Shown here piece after piece: positions 1 to 12,907 of a stretch of DNA of 64,000 nucleotides (position 1 is its first letter; every line of letters starts with the position of its first letter). The position numbers were made by a program, and so were the translations under genes. Source of the DNA: Lama guanicoe (Eukaryota); assembly GCA_013239625.1 (NCBI GenBank), contig MU056050.1:3024084-3088083 (forward strand). The letters are read 5' to 3'. The notes beneath the pieces are model-generated. The model was not told the origin of the DNA, ran no database searches, and saw only the letters and a list, made by a program, of their open reading frames with translations.

Positions 1-128
1 GTGTTGTGAGAAGAGAGGTTGGCTTTGCTGAATGAGGTCAAGAGGATCGGGTGAGCCTTGACAGAGTGGACTTACATAACAGTTGCTTTGTTGACAACAG
101 TCGGGGTCCACACAGTCAGTCAAACCAT
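1..128 (-). CDS. TENM1: Teneurin-1 coding exon, truncated by the window edge; Cys-rich region
   Basis: Acceptor ttttctttttcag|ATGGTTTG. Translates (D)[42 protein letters not shown], in frame with the exon at 11234-11380. Confidence 0.95.
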
Positions 129-640
129 CTGAAAAAGAAAATTTTGAAATTTAGCTTCAAAAGAAATAATATAGCTTAAAATATGCACAGATGGAGAAGA
201 ATCTAGAATATAGCCAAAGGTAGCTGTCCATGTTTTGAGTTTAGAATCTAGTAAATTCATGTGTTTCTCATGAATTATCACTCACTCTGAGTTTATATGG
301 CACAAGAGTGAAATTCAAACTATGTTGTTCATAAATCTCTCCTTCCTGAATCCTCCAGCATTTATGGGCTGGACTACACTGTTCAGCATTTGAAGAGAGT
401 GTTCTGTTAGGTATCACTCTTTTGAAGTTTCTCCTTCCTCAGCAAGACCATTCCTCCAGGATAGCAACTATGTCTTATAATTTTCTTGATTTTCTCACAC
501 CATGTACACTTATGAATATATAGTTAACAAATGCTTGCCAATCTGAATTTGTATTTTTAAATAATTCTCCCAATATGCTCGTCTAGTCCTAATTCTCACA
601 ATAGAGGTTGGTTCTTATGGTGACAGTGTCTAAAGCAGGG

Positions 641-786
641 CAGTGATTTTCAAATGTGTAGTCAGTTACCTGGGGAGCTTATTAATTCTTGAGTCCCACC
701 TATTGAAGCAAAATTTCTTCAGAGCCCAAGATTATGCCATGCTTAATCTCGGTGATTCTGAAGCATACTAAAGTTTCAGAACCACT
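641..786. mobile_element. MER5A-like hAT-Charlie MITE
   Basis: Ends cagtgattttcaaa ... ctaaagtttcagaaccact, with a typical MER5A interior. Confidence 0.7.
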
Positions 787-1044
787 TTTTAAGGAACCTG
801 CAGAAGCAACTAGAGCTTACTGGTTCCTAACAGCAGTTATTTGAAGTAAACACTAATAAACCTTCAGTATATAGTGATGAGTGGCTCTCTTTAATTTCCC
901 AGACCTTCACCATTTACTCCAAACCCCTGAATCCACGGTTGTTCCAATAAATAAATCACATAAAAGCTTCATTCTTTGGTAGAAGAATGATGTAGGTGGG
1001 GGACAGGGGTTACAGGAGGAGGGGAGACTATTGAGAATATAATA

Positions 1045-1389
1045 CAGTTGTTCCTTAGTATCTGAGGGGGATCAGTTCCAGGACCCCTGAGGGTACCAAA
1101 ATCCAAAGATGCTCAAGTCCCTTATATAAAATGGGGCAGTATTTGCATATAACCTACGCATACCCTCCCATATACGTTGTCATCTCTAGATTACTTATAA
1201 TCCCTAACACAATGTAAATACCATGTAAATTGTTGTAAATATAATGTAAATGACATGTAAATAGTTGTGAGGTGTGTGTCAAATTCAAGTTTTGCTTTTG
1301 GGAACTTTCTAGAATTTTTTTCCAAATATTTTTATCCGTGATTGGTTGGATCCAGGGATGCAGAACCCACAGATACAGAGAGCTGACTG
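1045..1389 (+). mobile_element. MER2 (TcMar-Tigger) non-autonomous DNA transposon, full length
   Basis: 345 bp with TIRs CAGTTGTTCCTTAGTATCTG ... CAGATACAGAGAGCTGACTG, preceded by TA; diagnostic interior GATGCTCAAGTCCCTTATATAAAATGG. Confidence 0.9.
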
Positions 1390-2795
1390 CAGGTGCACAA
1401 CACTGTGCTAGGTGCTTGGGGAAGAGGTGAAAAGACCCTTTTCCTGTTTTCAGGAGCTCAGAGCTTAGCAGGAGGAAGAGGGGGCATAAAACAGCTGACT
1501 CTTAGACCAGTTAAAAATGTAGTAAGTGTCATAGGAGCGTTACATGCGAAGAGAAGAGGCTGGAGTGATTAACTGAGCATATGGAAACTTAATTCCACAC
1601 CTAATAAGCCGAAAAAAATTAAAGTCCTTCCAAGGTCCTTAAAGTAGACAAGTAGCTCTAATTTAGATGCTTAACAAGGGTAAACATAAAGATGCTAATC
1701 TTGGCTTGCAGTGGAATAGGGAGATTCAGATGGATCACCAGCTCCTTAAGGCTGATGATGAAAGTTGCTGGCACCGGTTTCGTGCGGCTCTTTGGCTCGC
1801 TCTCCCTCCCTTACGTGGCCGCTCCTGTTGAGCTGGAGGGGGATGTACCACAGCTGGGGGCAATGAAAGCCAGGAACACCAAGAGAGTAGGCGTTTGGAA
1901 CAGTAGCCCTAGGGCACCCAGGAAATATTTTTCCCCACATGAGGTCCTTTCAAATTCCCTGCACTGTAGACACTACTTTGATTTAAAATGCAGTTTGCTG
2001 CTTTCTAGCCTACGCTGTTTGTTCAGTGTATTTTTGCCCCTGATTTTTACTTCTCTGTATACATATTTCTTTTTCACTGATGGATAACTTTTAAGTGTGG
2101 ATTAGTTTCACTAAGAAGTTCCCTTCTGCTCCCCTTTCTCCCCTCATTCAGCAAATTATATTAACAGATTTTCTATAGATTTAGATGCCACTACCACCTC
2201 TCTCTCCAATACGTTGTTCTCAGCCTCCTATTAGCACATTATCACTTAACTCTACTAATTAAACATCTGGATGCACTGAAAAGCTGGCAAAAATATCAGT
2301 CTGATTAAAACAGTTTGATGTCTGGAATTGGTACATAGTGTATTAAACAATGAAAAACTGCTTTTTGAATGGGCAGTCACCTTTATCTTCCAATTGGTAA
2401 TAAATGCACTAGTAACAATGAGATTGGGCATTCACAGGTTTCAAGCTGTCAACCACACAATTCTAACTTATTTTTGAAAAGAAATAGATTTTAAATAAAT
2501 AGTCATGCCCAAATGATCTTCAAAACTGGACTCTAAAATGAAACACAGAGCCAATTCAAAATTGGGACTCACATTCTCATCTAGTTACGTGTTATAAATT
2601 CCAAGCTAATGTTTCAAATGCAATAATAGCCTATTATACAGGGCTGACCCTCTAAGGCCTCTGTTTTCTGAGAGAACAAACAGCAAGACTTCAGCTGAAT
2701 CTAGAAAGGCTGCAGGAAAGCTGACCAATAATGGTATGCAACCCCCAAATTATAATTTGTAGGTAAGCCCAGTACATGGGCAAAGATCTACTTAC

Positions 2796-2831
2796 CAATT
2801 ATCACATTGGATAACACTCCATACAGTATGT
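2796..2831 (-). CDS. TENM1: Candidate cassette exon (36 nt in frame, DILYGVLSNVII; 41 nt with a stop if the upstream AG is used)
   Basis: catttgcacttctttgtaacag.tctag|ACATACTGTATGGAGTGTTATCCAATGTGATAATTG|gtaagtag. Perfect +1..+6 donor. No expression evidence. Confidence 0.3.
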
Positions 2832-3409
2832 CTAGACTGTTACAAAGAAGTGCAAATGACAGTCACACTGCATGTGTGGGTTTCTTTCTTTTCCTTTCTT
2901 TTTTTGTGGCTATTAATGGTTCTTTTATTGTTCTGAATTGGAAACTGTGGCACCCTCCTGACAGCTAGATTCAAGGTGTCAGATATGGACACATCAAAAG
3001 TTAACTTATTTTACTTTTAGGGCCTGCTCCAAAAAGAGGGAGGTTAAACTATCTTAAAGGACTAAACACAACATTCACTGATCCTAGCTTTGCTGAACAG
3101 TCAGGGCCTATGACAGTTGGCTCAGTTGGGGTTGAGGAAGATCAAGGAACACTGGTTTTCTTCTGTGCATGATCGAGTCACTCACTATTAAACTTTTACC
3201 TCCTAGATGTTATGCCCTTGGTTGAAAGCAAGACTGGACAAGGGAATATGAACAATATAGGAAAACCCCCTATTTTCCTAATCCTTAAAATGAATTTACA
3301 AATATATATCCTTTTAGGGACAGCACCCATGTTATCACCTTGATAAAAACGGACAGCTAGGTTATGGTAGGCTATCCAAAAGGATTTGGAAACACATAAA
3401 GTTTAGCTA

Positions 3410-3930
3410 ACATTTGTTGGGTATGGTGCTGGGTACTACTTCTACGTATTTCAATTAAATCCAGGCAACAACTCTGTTAGGCTCACATTCTCATCTCCAT
3501 TTTACACATAAGGGAGGGGAGGCTCAATGTGGTTGCACAGTTGGAAGAAATATGGGAGTCATATTACCAGCCAGTGTTCTGACTACAAATCACACATTCC
3601 ACACCTACATCTAAGCAGTATTGCTAGTACTACTGATGTAGGCTGTAAGACCTCCAACTGCCTGATTCATGTCGCATTTAGAACACATGAAGTGGTTAGG
3701 GTGAAAGATCAGACGACTTTGACTCTAATCTTGACTTTGCCACTATATAATCCTGGACAAATCACTGCAACTCCTGGTTTCTCAGTCTCCTAATCTACTA
3801 GATGGAGGTAATAAAAAGACCTACCCTACAGCATAGTTGTAAGGATCACATGCTGTAATAATCATAAAGAGCTGAGCACAATACTTAGGGTTTAGTAGCT
3901 AGCACTCTTGATAAATGTTAGTTATTGCCA
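3410..3930. mobile_element. Two MIR SINE fragments in opposite orientation (~3410-3600 minus, ~3690-3930 plus)
   Basis: MIR core-like segments ctccattttacacataaggg and tttctcagtctcctaatctactagatggaggtaat. Confidence 0.65.
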
Positions 3931-4719
3931 TTAACCAAATTCTAGACTGTAGAGACTGCAAAGAGTCTAGGGATAGAATTCTAGGGGTACATACCAATGG
4001 TCTGCAGTGGCAGCTTAAAGTGTTCAGATTCACTTCTATTGACCTGCCTTGTCACTGGCCAGAGGACAGTTAATTTCTATGTAGCCTAAGCAGTTCGTTG
4101 GAATGTTCATTTTGTGAACTCTGCTTGGTTAGGTTGTCAGAGAGGTAGGATCCTATGTGACTCTAAACAGACACTAATGCTACAGTAAATATTTATTCGT
4201 AGATTTTCACAAATTCAGAATTTGTTATCATTTGGACAGGGGCTGGATTGAAGCTTAACCTTTTCAGCATCTGTAGAATAGAGGGTCTGCCAAGAAAATT
4301 AATAGCTGAAAAAGAAGTTGAAGGGCTGATCATTCAAGTGATTCAGTGAACAAAATCTCCTCAGGCATCGTAGAAACCCACAAACAATGGACTAATTATG
4401 AATCACTCATGCATTTTTACTAAAGCAGACCCCCTACTACACACTCCTGTTGGCTTAGTTGTTGCTGTGTTATGCATTGAAAGTAACATGACTATGTTTT
4501 CTTTGGGAATAGTCTATAATTTTTTTTCTTTTCATTTATTCAGTCCGACTTTCACCCTAGTATTTTGCTATATTAGTGAAAAGAAAGTGGGAGAGCTCAA
4601 GTGCATTTAGGATTGGACTTGCCCAAATCCTGCTATAACCTACAGTCATTTTTCTACATGAAGAAAGTAAATTGTTTTTATGCCATTAATGTGCATGTCC
4701 TCCTCACCTGCCATCAACG

Positions 4720-5240
4720 GCTTCCCAAATCACTCAGAGGAAAAGCCCATGTTCTGACAATGACTTACTTCCTCACAGTCTGGTTCTAAACTGTCTCTCT
4801 CTTACCCCTCCGACTTTACTTACTTCCTATTACCATATCCCACACCCTCTTCCTTCCAATTCCTATGCCTGGAATGTTCTCTCCACTATCAACATGGCTA
4901 ACCCCTCACCTCCTTTAAGACTTTACTCAAATGCCACCTTCTCAGTGAAGCTTTTTTCTCTGACCACATTATTTAAAATTCCACCTCTGTCCCACCCTCC
5001 CGATTCCTTTTTTCCCTGCTTTAAAAAAAGTCTCCATCACACTTACCACCTTCTATCATACTATTTAAAATGGTTTTTTTTTGTTTTTTGGTTTCTCACC
5101 TGCCTCTCACAACTAGAACATAAGACCCATGGAACAAGGATTTAGTCTTTTTTTATTCATTGCTATTTCCTCAATGACTAGCACAGTTCCTGGCTCGAAG
5201 GAAGCTTTCAATCAATATTTTTTGAATGAATAAATGGATG
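4720..5240 (+). mobile_element. L2 LINE 3' fragment
   Basis: gcctggaatgttctc, ctcaaatgccaccttctcagtgaag, tail tgaatgaataaatggatg. Confidence 0.75.
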
Positions 5241-6169
5241 TCCTCAAAGTCCTTTTTCTATGACAATCACAAATTTACCTGGAGATTGATAAATGTTCAA
5301 TCAGTGCCTTAAAATAAATGTTACAGATTCTTCATTGATACCACACCTTAATTATCCACTTTATATTACTGTATTTCCAACACTATCTCATTCATTTTCA
5401 TAACTGCAAAGTAGGAAGATGGCAGGTAATACTAGCCTTAGTTGATAGACATGTGACAGATCCAGTTAGAGAGTGGTTAACCAATTCTAGACTTTAAATT
5501 TTCCAACTTCCACTTATATCTAGTATCATTTGGCAGTTTAGGCTCTCATAACTCAGTGATGATCTTTTAACAAATGGGTTGCTTGGAAATGAGGATGGTA
5601 CGGCAGAAGAGTATACTTAGGTATATGCTTTCTGATGCCCGGTCTTTTGTCCCAGCTGAATCTTAAAAGTAAATGTGGAGAAGGGGTCTGGCTCTTAAAC
5701 AGAGCAACTATTATCAATTCATTGCTCCTTCTATTTCACTTTCCTATTTATTAAAAACTGCAGCATGCTGGTGACATTCAGAACATGAGGCTTATTGATC
5801 CATGAGCTTATATGTGTTCATAATTCACCCATGGTGCTGATTTCTAGATCTAGAAACACTATATCATAAAACAGGCTCACAAATAGCTGTTGTTCTTAAT
5901 GAATGGTGACTTGTTATGAAGAACGATTCCTGGAAGATCATTCTCTTTTACGCAATTAACTTATTGATTTTACCAATGAATGTGAATACAGACCACTGGA
6001 AGAGTTTGTATAAGAGAAGCTTGGACAAATACGTGAGAAATATGTAAAAGATCACAGGGGAAAAGGCTGTTTTGATTAAATACTCTCATTCTATATCTTT
6101 TTAACCTCCTTGACAATCTTTCCACAATATCAGAAACCAAATAAAATGTAATCTCTGATAGCTGAAGAT

Positions 6170-6630
6170 CTTACAAAATTCACAGTGTTCTGTATAATCT
6201 GGCCAGTACCTAACTTTATATTTTCATCTCCCACCAATCTCTGCCTGACTCACTGTAGTCCAGCCACAATGACTTGCTTTTCACTTCCTAAAAGAGTCTA
6301 GTACATTTCCACCTCAGGGCATTTGCACACACTGTTTCCCTGACCTGGAACATTCTTCCCCTGACTCATAAGAGTCCTCTGTTGTCACACAGACTTGGTT
6401 AGGTCCCTCTCTAAATGTTTATAGCACTCTAATATTTTTATAGTACTCTTTACAATTGTATATATATATATATATATAGATAGATAGATAGTTATTTTTG
6501 TGGTTTCTTGTTTAGTATCCGCCTTCCTTCTTAGACCATAAACTCCATGAAGGCAGAAATTTGTCTGTTTGTCATTTTCTCCTCAGTGCCAAGCACAACA
6601 GTTGGCACAAAGCAGTAATGAATGAATGGA
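6170..6630 (+). mobile_element. L2 LINE 3' fragment
   Basis: cctcagggcatttgcacacactgtt ... aaactccatgaaggcag ... aatgaatgaatg. Confidence 0.75.
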
Positions 6631-6691
6631 AAATTGGTACCTAGTATGAAATGTTTCGTTGAAAGGTAAATATTTGAGTCAAACATTTGGA

Positions 6692-6881
6692 TCGGTGCTA
6701 TCCAATAGAACTTTCTCCACTGATAGGACTGCTTTAGATATGCACTAAGACAGTTGTCACTAGCCTCATGTTGAGCACTTGCGCTGTGGCTACTGCTACT
6801 GAGAAGTGGAATTTTTAATGTTATTTAAATTATATTTAAATAGTCACTTGTGGCTAGTGGCTACCACATCAGACAGTGCAG
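6692..6881. mobile_element. MER3-like hAT-Charlie MITE
   Basis: gtgctatccaatagaactttct ... gtggctagtggctaccacatcagacagtgcag. Confidence 0.75.
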
Positions 6882-7048
6882 ATTTCGCTATCTCCAAATA
6901 GATGCTGGATGGTCTATAAACTTAGGCAAACAACATAAAGAAGTTTGAAATTTTTATGAAGTCCAATTTTATGAAGTTTGATTTATCATTTTTTTCCTAT
7001 TATGGTTTATTTCTCAGCTTTTATGTTTAAGAAGTCCTTTCCAATCTT

Positions 7049-7276
7049 ATTTTTTTATTGAAGTATAGTTGATTAACAATGTTTCAGGTATACAGCAAAG
7101 TGATTCAGTTATATATATATATTTTTTTTTCTTTTTCAGATTCTTTTCCATTATAGGTTATTACAAGATACTGAATATAGTTCCCTGTGCTATACAGTAG
7201 GTCCTTGTTGTTTATCTATTTTATATATAGTAGTGTATATCTGTTAATCTCAAATCTGTAATTTATCCCTCTTCCT
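7049..7276 (-). mobile_element. 5'-truncated cetartiodactyl-type L1 3' end with a 16-bp TSD, nested in an old antisense L1 remnant (~6940-7700)
   Basis: Exact TSD AGTCCTTTCCAATCTT at 7033-7048 and 7277-7292; body tttattgaagtatagttgatt...gttccctgtgctatacagtagg. Confidence 0.88.
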
Positions 7277-9351
7277 AGTCCTTTCCAATCTTGAGATATG
7301 TCACCTATATTTTCTCCTAATTGTGTTTGAGTTTTCTTTAACCTTCAACTCAATCATCTAGAGTCTTTTTATTTATCTTATTCTTTTGGAATATGGTTTG
7401 AATTGAAAATCTTAAGTTTTTTTCTTAATAGTTGTCTCAGCACCACTTATTTCATAATGCTTAATTTCCCCACTGATTTTTGACGCTGGTTTAATAATAT
7501 ACTAAATTTTTATTTGTCCTGGGGTGTGTCCCTAAGCTTTTATTCAGTTGTGTTGATCTATCTACTCTTACATCACTACCACTTTGTTTTAATTATCATA
7601 CTTTGAAAATATTCTTTAACATTTGATAGTTCTAGCTTTCTGTCACTATTGTTTGTTTTAGCTATTGTGATTCAGTTAATATTATGTCTAAACATTTTTT
7701 CTTATGTCAATTCATATGTGCATATAATGTATGGTGAGTATATTTTCTAAACCCCAAATCAGGACACATGATTAACACATGAAAATGTGGTCACCATAAG
7801 GTTAAGTCTCTTCTTCCAAGTACAAAGTTTTGCATGTGGTAGGGGCTTGGTGACTAAAGGGATATATGAGGTCAAGACATTTGATAGATTTGTGATTTCT
7901 TTGGTAATTAGTTATTATATATACAATGCAGAAGATAGTTTTCCTTTTTTTGCATGTTAAGAAAAAAATCTAAAGGGTATTTGCTTTCTGTTCTGTTTTC
8001 CCTGTTCAAGGAGCTCTTAGGTAGCTCCTAGACCTGTGTCATCCACATATTCAATGTAGCCCAATTAGTTACTAAGAGTCACAATGCATTGAATCAGAGT
8101 ATAACTAAAGTCAAAGCTGGAGGAAGTAGCAGTAATACTAATGAGTATTCAAAACTGATTATAATGCCAAAAAAAAAATCCTGCCATTCTTTAAGTATCA
8201 GCAATAATACAGAGTAATCAGGTAGCAGCTACTTGAAGCAACTGCTTGAAAGTGATTGTTTTTTGGATTGGGAAGATTTCTGAAGAATTAACATTTTAAA
8301 AATTGGGACCACTTTTTTTCCCCAAAGGTTCAATTGGCACTTTCTGATTTAATTAAAACGCACACTTACACCTGCACAAACAAGTATGCACACATTCATA
8401 CTGATCATTAGTCATATTCAATCATTCTGGATAGCTGGAAATGAATCCAGTCATTCTGGATAGCTGGAAAGCTAAGACCACCAAATGAAGGGTATTTAAT
8501 GTATTTTTAGAGGTGTTATTTAAATGATATAAATATAGATTTATTGTCCAAAATCTTAGTCATGGAGCTTTCAGAGGTTATTGAATCCATCTTTTCATCT
8601 CAAGGTAGAACTGAATATTTATTTGGCATCAATATCATCTTAATCCTACCAAAGGAAAAAAAATGGTAATTGAATCTCTCAAGGAGCCTTCCCTTGCTAC
8701 TCCCTAAAGAGAAACTCATAAAAATACACTAAACTCACATCAGGTCTTTGATTTTTGATTCCCACATAGATACACAGTTTTAAAGGAATGCTCATAGGTC
8801 AATACACACTCAGCAAAATCTTCTATATTCTTTGTATCTATATATACCACAAATATTGAAAACTGATAATCTATTATTTCATTAATACTTAACTGATCCA
8901 TTCATTAAACATTTTTGGCTGCCTTGAGGTGACCCTGAGGTGATAAAAAACGCTTGATAATTAAATATTCAATTATTTTTTATCAAGCTATACTTTATTA
9001 AGGCAGGAAACTTATTTTGGCTCAACCCTGAGTCAGAAATTATAATTGTATAGGTTGTTAATGTATTTTCTGAGCATAACATTTCAATCAATATATCAAC
9101 TGAGAAATCGCTGTTACTACCTCAAATCCTTTTTGGAATGAGGCATACCACTTAGGTTTACACCGTGGGTCTATCGTTTACTTTCTATATGATCTTGAAC
9201 AACTTGTTTAATTTCTCTGTGCCTCAGTTTCCTTATATGTAAAATAGTGTTAATAGTAGTTCCTACCTCATGAGAATTGAGTGAAATAATTTGCATTAAG
9301 GGCTCAGCACAATGCCTTGTACACAGTAAATCTTGAATACAAGTGAGCTAA

Positions 9352-9446
9352 TATTTTTTAAAATTGAAGTATAGTCAGTTACAATATGTCAATTTCTGGT
9401 ATACAGCATATCTCAGTCATATATATACATATATATATTTGTTTTC
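9352..9446 (-). mobile_element. Very short L1 3' end inserted in a MIR tail (MIR ~9170-9480)
   Basis: TSD ACAAGTGAGCTAA at 9339-9351 and 9447-9459; body attgaagtatagtcagttacaat. Confidence 0.82.
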
Positions 9447-9888
9447 ACAAGTGAGCTAACATTATTAGTAATTATATTGGGTATCAAACAACGAACTCTG
9501 AGTCATATTTTAACATGTAACAAGAAAACAATATAGACAGGATATTACTAAGTGCTTGATTGTATGGTGCATATGATAAATATCATGGGAGATTGGGATG
9601 GTGGATGTCAGAGGTGTCACAGGAGATATGGCTTGAGTTGGGACTTAAATGATGGACAGAGAAAGATGAGTGTAGAGGAGAGGACATATCAGGTAAAGAG
9701 ATAGATCATGAAAATGAAGTAAAGGAAGGAAGGTGAAGATAAGGCTTGACAGGCCATAAAAGTCAGGTAAACAGTTGATCAGTGTACCATTTAATTGAAA
9801 ATCTCACTCTGGGCCTCCCAAACACAAATTTCAATTTAGATAGGAAGTAAACAGTCTCTTCAGAAAATGGTCTGTTATCCTAAGTTTA

Positions 9889-9890
<2 letters not shown>

Positions 9891-9922
<32 letters not shown>
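9891..9922. repeat. (GT)16 microsatellite
   Basis: Read directly from the sequence. Confidence 0.97.
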
Positions 9923-9923
<1 letters not shown>

Positions 9924-10869
9924 GTAGTGGCAGCGATTGGTGTAATTTACCATCTTTTAAGTAGTTCATATGAATTACCTTGTTTAATACTTAAAAGAAC
10001 TCTATTAGACAGCTATTATTATCATAAGTCCCATTTTAGAGATATGAAAATCAGAGCACAGAGATAGCAAGAAATTTTGCCAAATCATACAGCTGGAAGT
10101 ACATAGCAGAGCTGACATCTGAACTCAGAAATTCTAACTTCAAAGCCATATGTTCTTAATCAGAAAGTTGCTTCCACTTAAAATTCATAAGGTCTTACAC
10201 CTTTTTAAAGTAAACTGTTAGCCAGAACAAGAAAAGAGGACACTCTTACACACGATTTGGTGCTTAAACTATGATTGCTACCTTATTGATTTAAGCCTGT
10301 CTGGATTCAAATGATAAAGTATGTAATTGTCTAAGCAGATACAGAAAACTTGAGGAATGAAATTTAATAATTTGCTTCATCTTAAGTTAATATATAGAAA
10401 TTAGAGAGAATTTTTTTTTGGTCAATTTCATGTTTCCTTGAGTAGGAAGTAAAAGGAAAGTGAGGATTTGTTGTTTTAGGCTCATTCAGAGGTGATTTGG
10501 GCTGTTTTGAGGCCTGACTGTACAATGTATTAGATGCTTTTGTTTGCTTGACTAAAATAGAAGTGGTTACCCTGAGGCCTTGGAGCCACATATGGCTTTT
10601 TAAAACATGTGCAGCTCTTGAATTAAATATAAAAAATTCTACTGTGAATTATCTAGATGCTGTGTCCTTTGAAAGATAAAGTGTTACTAAAAGGTAAAGA
10701 CACAAGAGGGAGCTCTAAATAACTAAGAAGAAAGAAAACCACTTCACAGTGTGTACAGTGCAAGCTATACTAGCATCTGACAGTTTAGACAGTGGTACAT
10801 TGATTTAATTTAGTATAACAAATGCCATTGATATGAGAGGTAGAGGGATTTTGCAATAATTAAGAAAAC

Positions 10870-11100
10870 AGAAACTGAAGTCTTATAGCCCTGAATTGGA
10901 ACCTTGGTTCTGTTATTTTCTAGCTGGGTGATCTTGGAAAAGTCACTTACCATCCCTGCTCCAAGCATTAGTTTCCCCATTTATACATGGGGAAAATAGT
11001 ATGTATACCTCATAGCATTATTGTGAGAATTAAGTGAGATACAATACATGTGAAGTGTTTGGAGTATTGCCTGGTTACAGTAAATATTCAATAAGTTGAG
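10870..11100 (+). mobile_element. MIR SINE
   Basis: ctagctgggtgatcttggaaaagtcactt ... cctcatagcattattgtgagaattaagtgag. Confidence 0.8.
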
Positions 11101-11233
11101 ATTTTAAAAAATTGTATGACCTTATATTGTTTATACTGAAGATTCCTAATATTCACTCTTGGCCAGATTGGTCATCACTGTGCTAGAGACTGGGCTATGC
11201 CTTTCTTATATGAACATTTAATAAATGACTCAC

Positions 11234-11380
11234 CTCCATCATTGTCCAAGTTATCTCCACAAAGCATTTCCATGACAATATTGCAGCCTGTCCCACTCCA
11301 ACCCACCTGACACACACAGTGCCAACCATTTTGATCCAGGGTGCATCGCCCATTTCCAAAGCAGAGCCCTGGGCAGCCAT
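11234..11380 (-). CDS. TENM1: Teneurin-1 coding exon (147 nt, phase 1/1), EGF8 and start of the Cys-rich region
   Basis: ctctctgctgtcctttcag|ATGGC...GATGGAG|gtgagt. Translates (D)[48 protein letters not shown]. The ORF-track call here (MAAQG...) is the wrong frame. Confidence 0.96.
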
Positions 11381-12565
11381 CTGAAAGGACAGCAGAGAGT
11401 AATAATCACAGGGACGTCAGAATGGGATTGGCCAACAATGATATACCTGCCTATTGGGAAAATCGAATTATCTGGGCTCCATTCAGACGAGGTGTTGAAT
11501 AAATGGAAGAGGAGCTTGCTTGCTTACAACACCTTCCCAGGGAACTTGTTATCCCTTACTTTGCTGTGCTTTTCCTTAGAGAGCCAATTAAGCATTATTA
11601 ATGCTAACCCCAATTCCCAACCTCTGATTCAGATAGGATAAAAACTATGATGGGGACAAGAAATGTTTTTTGTTTCTTTTCGAAAAAGGTTATCTCCTCA
11701 TTTCAATCAAAACTGGATGGATGGTACTGTATCTAGTTATGGCCAAAAAGTTGGGAAAAGACAGCAGTTTCTATGAAGAGATACCTCTGACTACTGTTAA
11801 TCTGGGCTGATTTTTCCCTTGTGATGTGTTGCTTCAGGACTTAGGTATGTTGGTATGCAGTTCAGATTATACCATTATTTGTGCATATGGTGCCTTAGAA
11901 ATGCACTGCAGTTGCTTTACATTTATTCAGCTTTTCTCTTCAAGATTGTTATTGATCTGAGGGCTCAGGATGAATTTTTACTTATTTGGTATTTCTCTCA
12001 GAAGCTAGCATAATAGTATTCCTATAGTAAGTGCTCAGCAAATGTTTATGGAATTAATGCATGTCAAACATAGACTTTCAGAATTCTAGAGAATAACTGG
12101 ATAAATATAGTCAAGAGCAAATTGTTATGCTAAAATGACTTCTATCCATTGATAAACTGCAAACCCTCACCATGGTTTCTATTTAGGCTTTCAATTTCTC
12201 AGTGGTGATCTGCTCTTTGTCCCAGTGGTTCAGAGATAGGCTATTCCAAAGGGCAATGTGCATGTGCCAAGTGCTCAGTGGGCAGATAAACAGAGACATC
12301 AATAATGGCATATAGCTTCCGGAAATTTCCCCAGTAGCCATACAGGCCCAGATCTGGATTTTACAGGAGATAGTCCAATCAATATTCTTTTCATTTTGTC
12401 TTTGAAAGAAAATTCCAGAAGTACAAAGAGCAAAAGAATATTTTTTTAATCTGTAGAAATAACCCAGTGTTCCTTCCAAATGGTTTCCCAAGCAACTATC
12501 AACAGACCAAAGAAGAAAAAGTTTTAAAACAAGGTGACAGATGGCTGTTAAAAAACATGAAAAGG

Positions 12566-12610
<45 letters not shown>
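12566..12610. repeat. (TCTA)11 tetranucleotide microsatellite
   Basis: Read directly from the sequence. Confidence 0.97.
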
Positions 12611-12663
12611 TCCTCAAGAAATAGTATAGGATGAACATGTATCAGATTAAGAAAGAAATTTAT

Positions 12664-12907
12664 GGTAGAGGGTGGGAAGGGATAGACTGGGATTTCAAAA
12701 TTGTAGAATAGATAAACAAGATTACACTGTATAGCACAGGGAAATATACACAAAATGTTATGATAAATCACAGAGAAAAAAACAAATTTAATATTTAAAA
12801 ATAAAAACAACCGACTCAATCTGAAAAAAAGAAAAAAAATCAATCTTGATGACAGGTGATGGATAAATAAAGATCACTGGTTGGGACTTCTCTGAAAAAA
12901 AAAAAAA
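12664..12907 (+). mobile_element. Young L1 3'UTR fragment with extra sequence and several A-tracts
   Basis: ggtagagggtgggaagggatagactgggatttcaaaattgtagaatagataaacaag is L1 3'UTR-like; ends in A13; flanked by the imperfect repeat AAG(A)nTTTAT. Confidence 0.7.

Noticed and set aside
70..75. GTAAGT inside the coding exon (TAT|GTAAGT), a possible cryptic donor
   Set aside because: Poor exonic -3..-1 match, and explained by the Val-Ser codons.
1692..2087. 131-aa plus-strand ORF
   Set aside because: No recognisable domain, antisense within an intron, and it ends in T-rich low-complexity sequence; likely chance.
11195..11380. [13 protein letters not shown]...
   Set aside because: Off-frame reading of the real TENM1 exon; the ATG is a split Asp codon at the acceptor.
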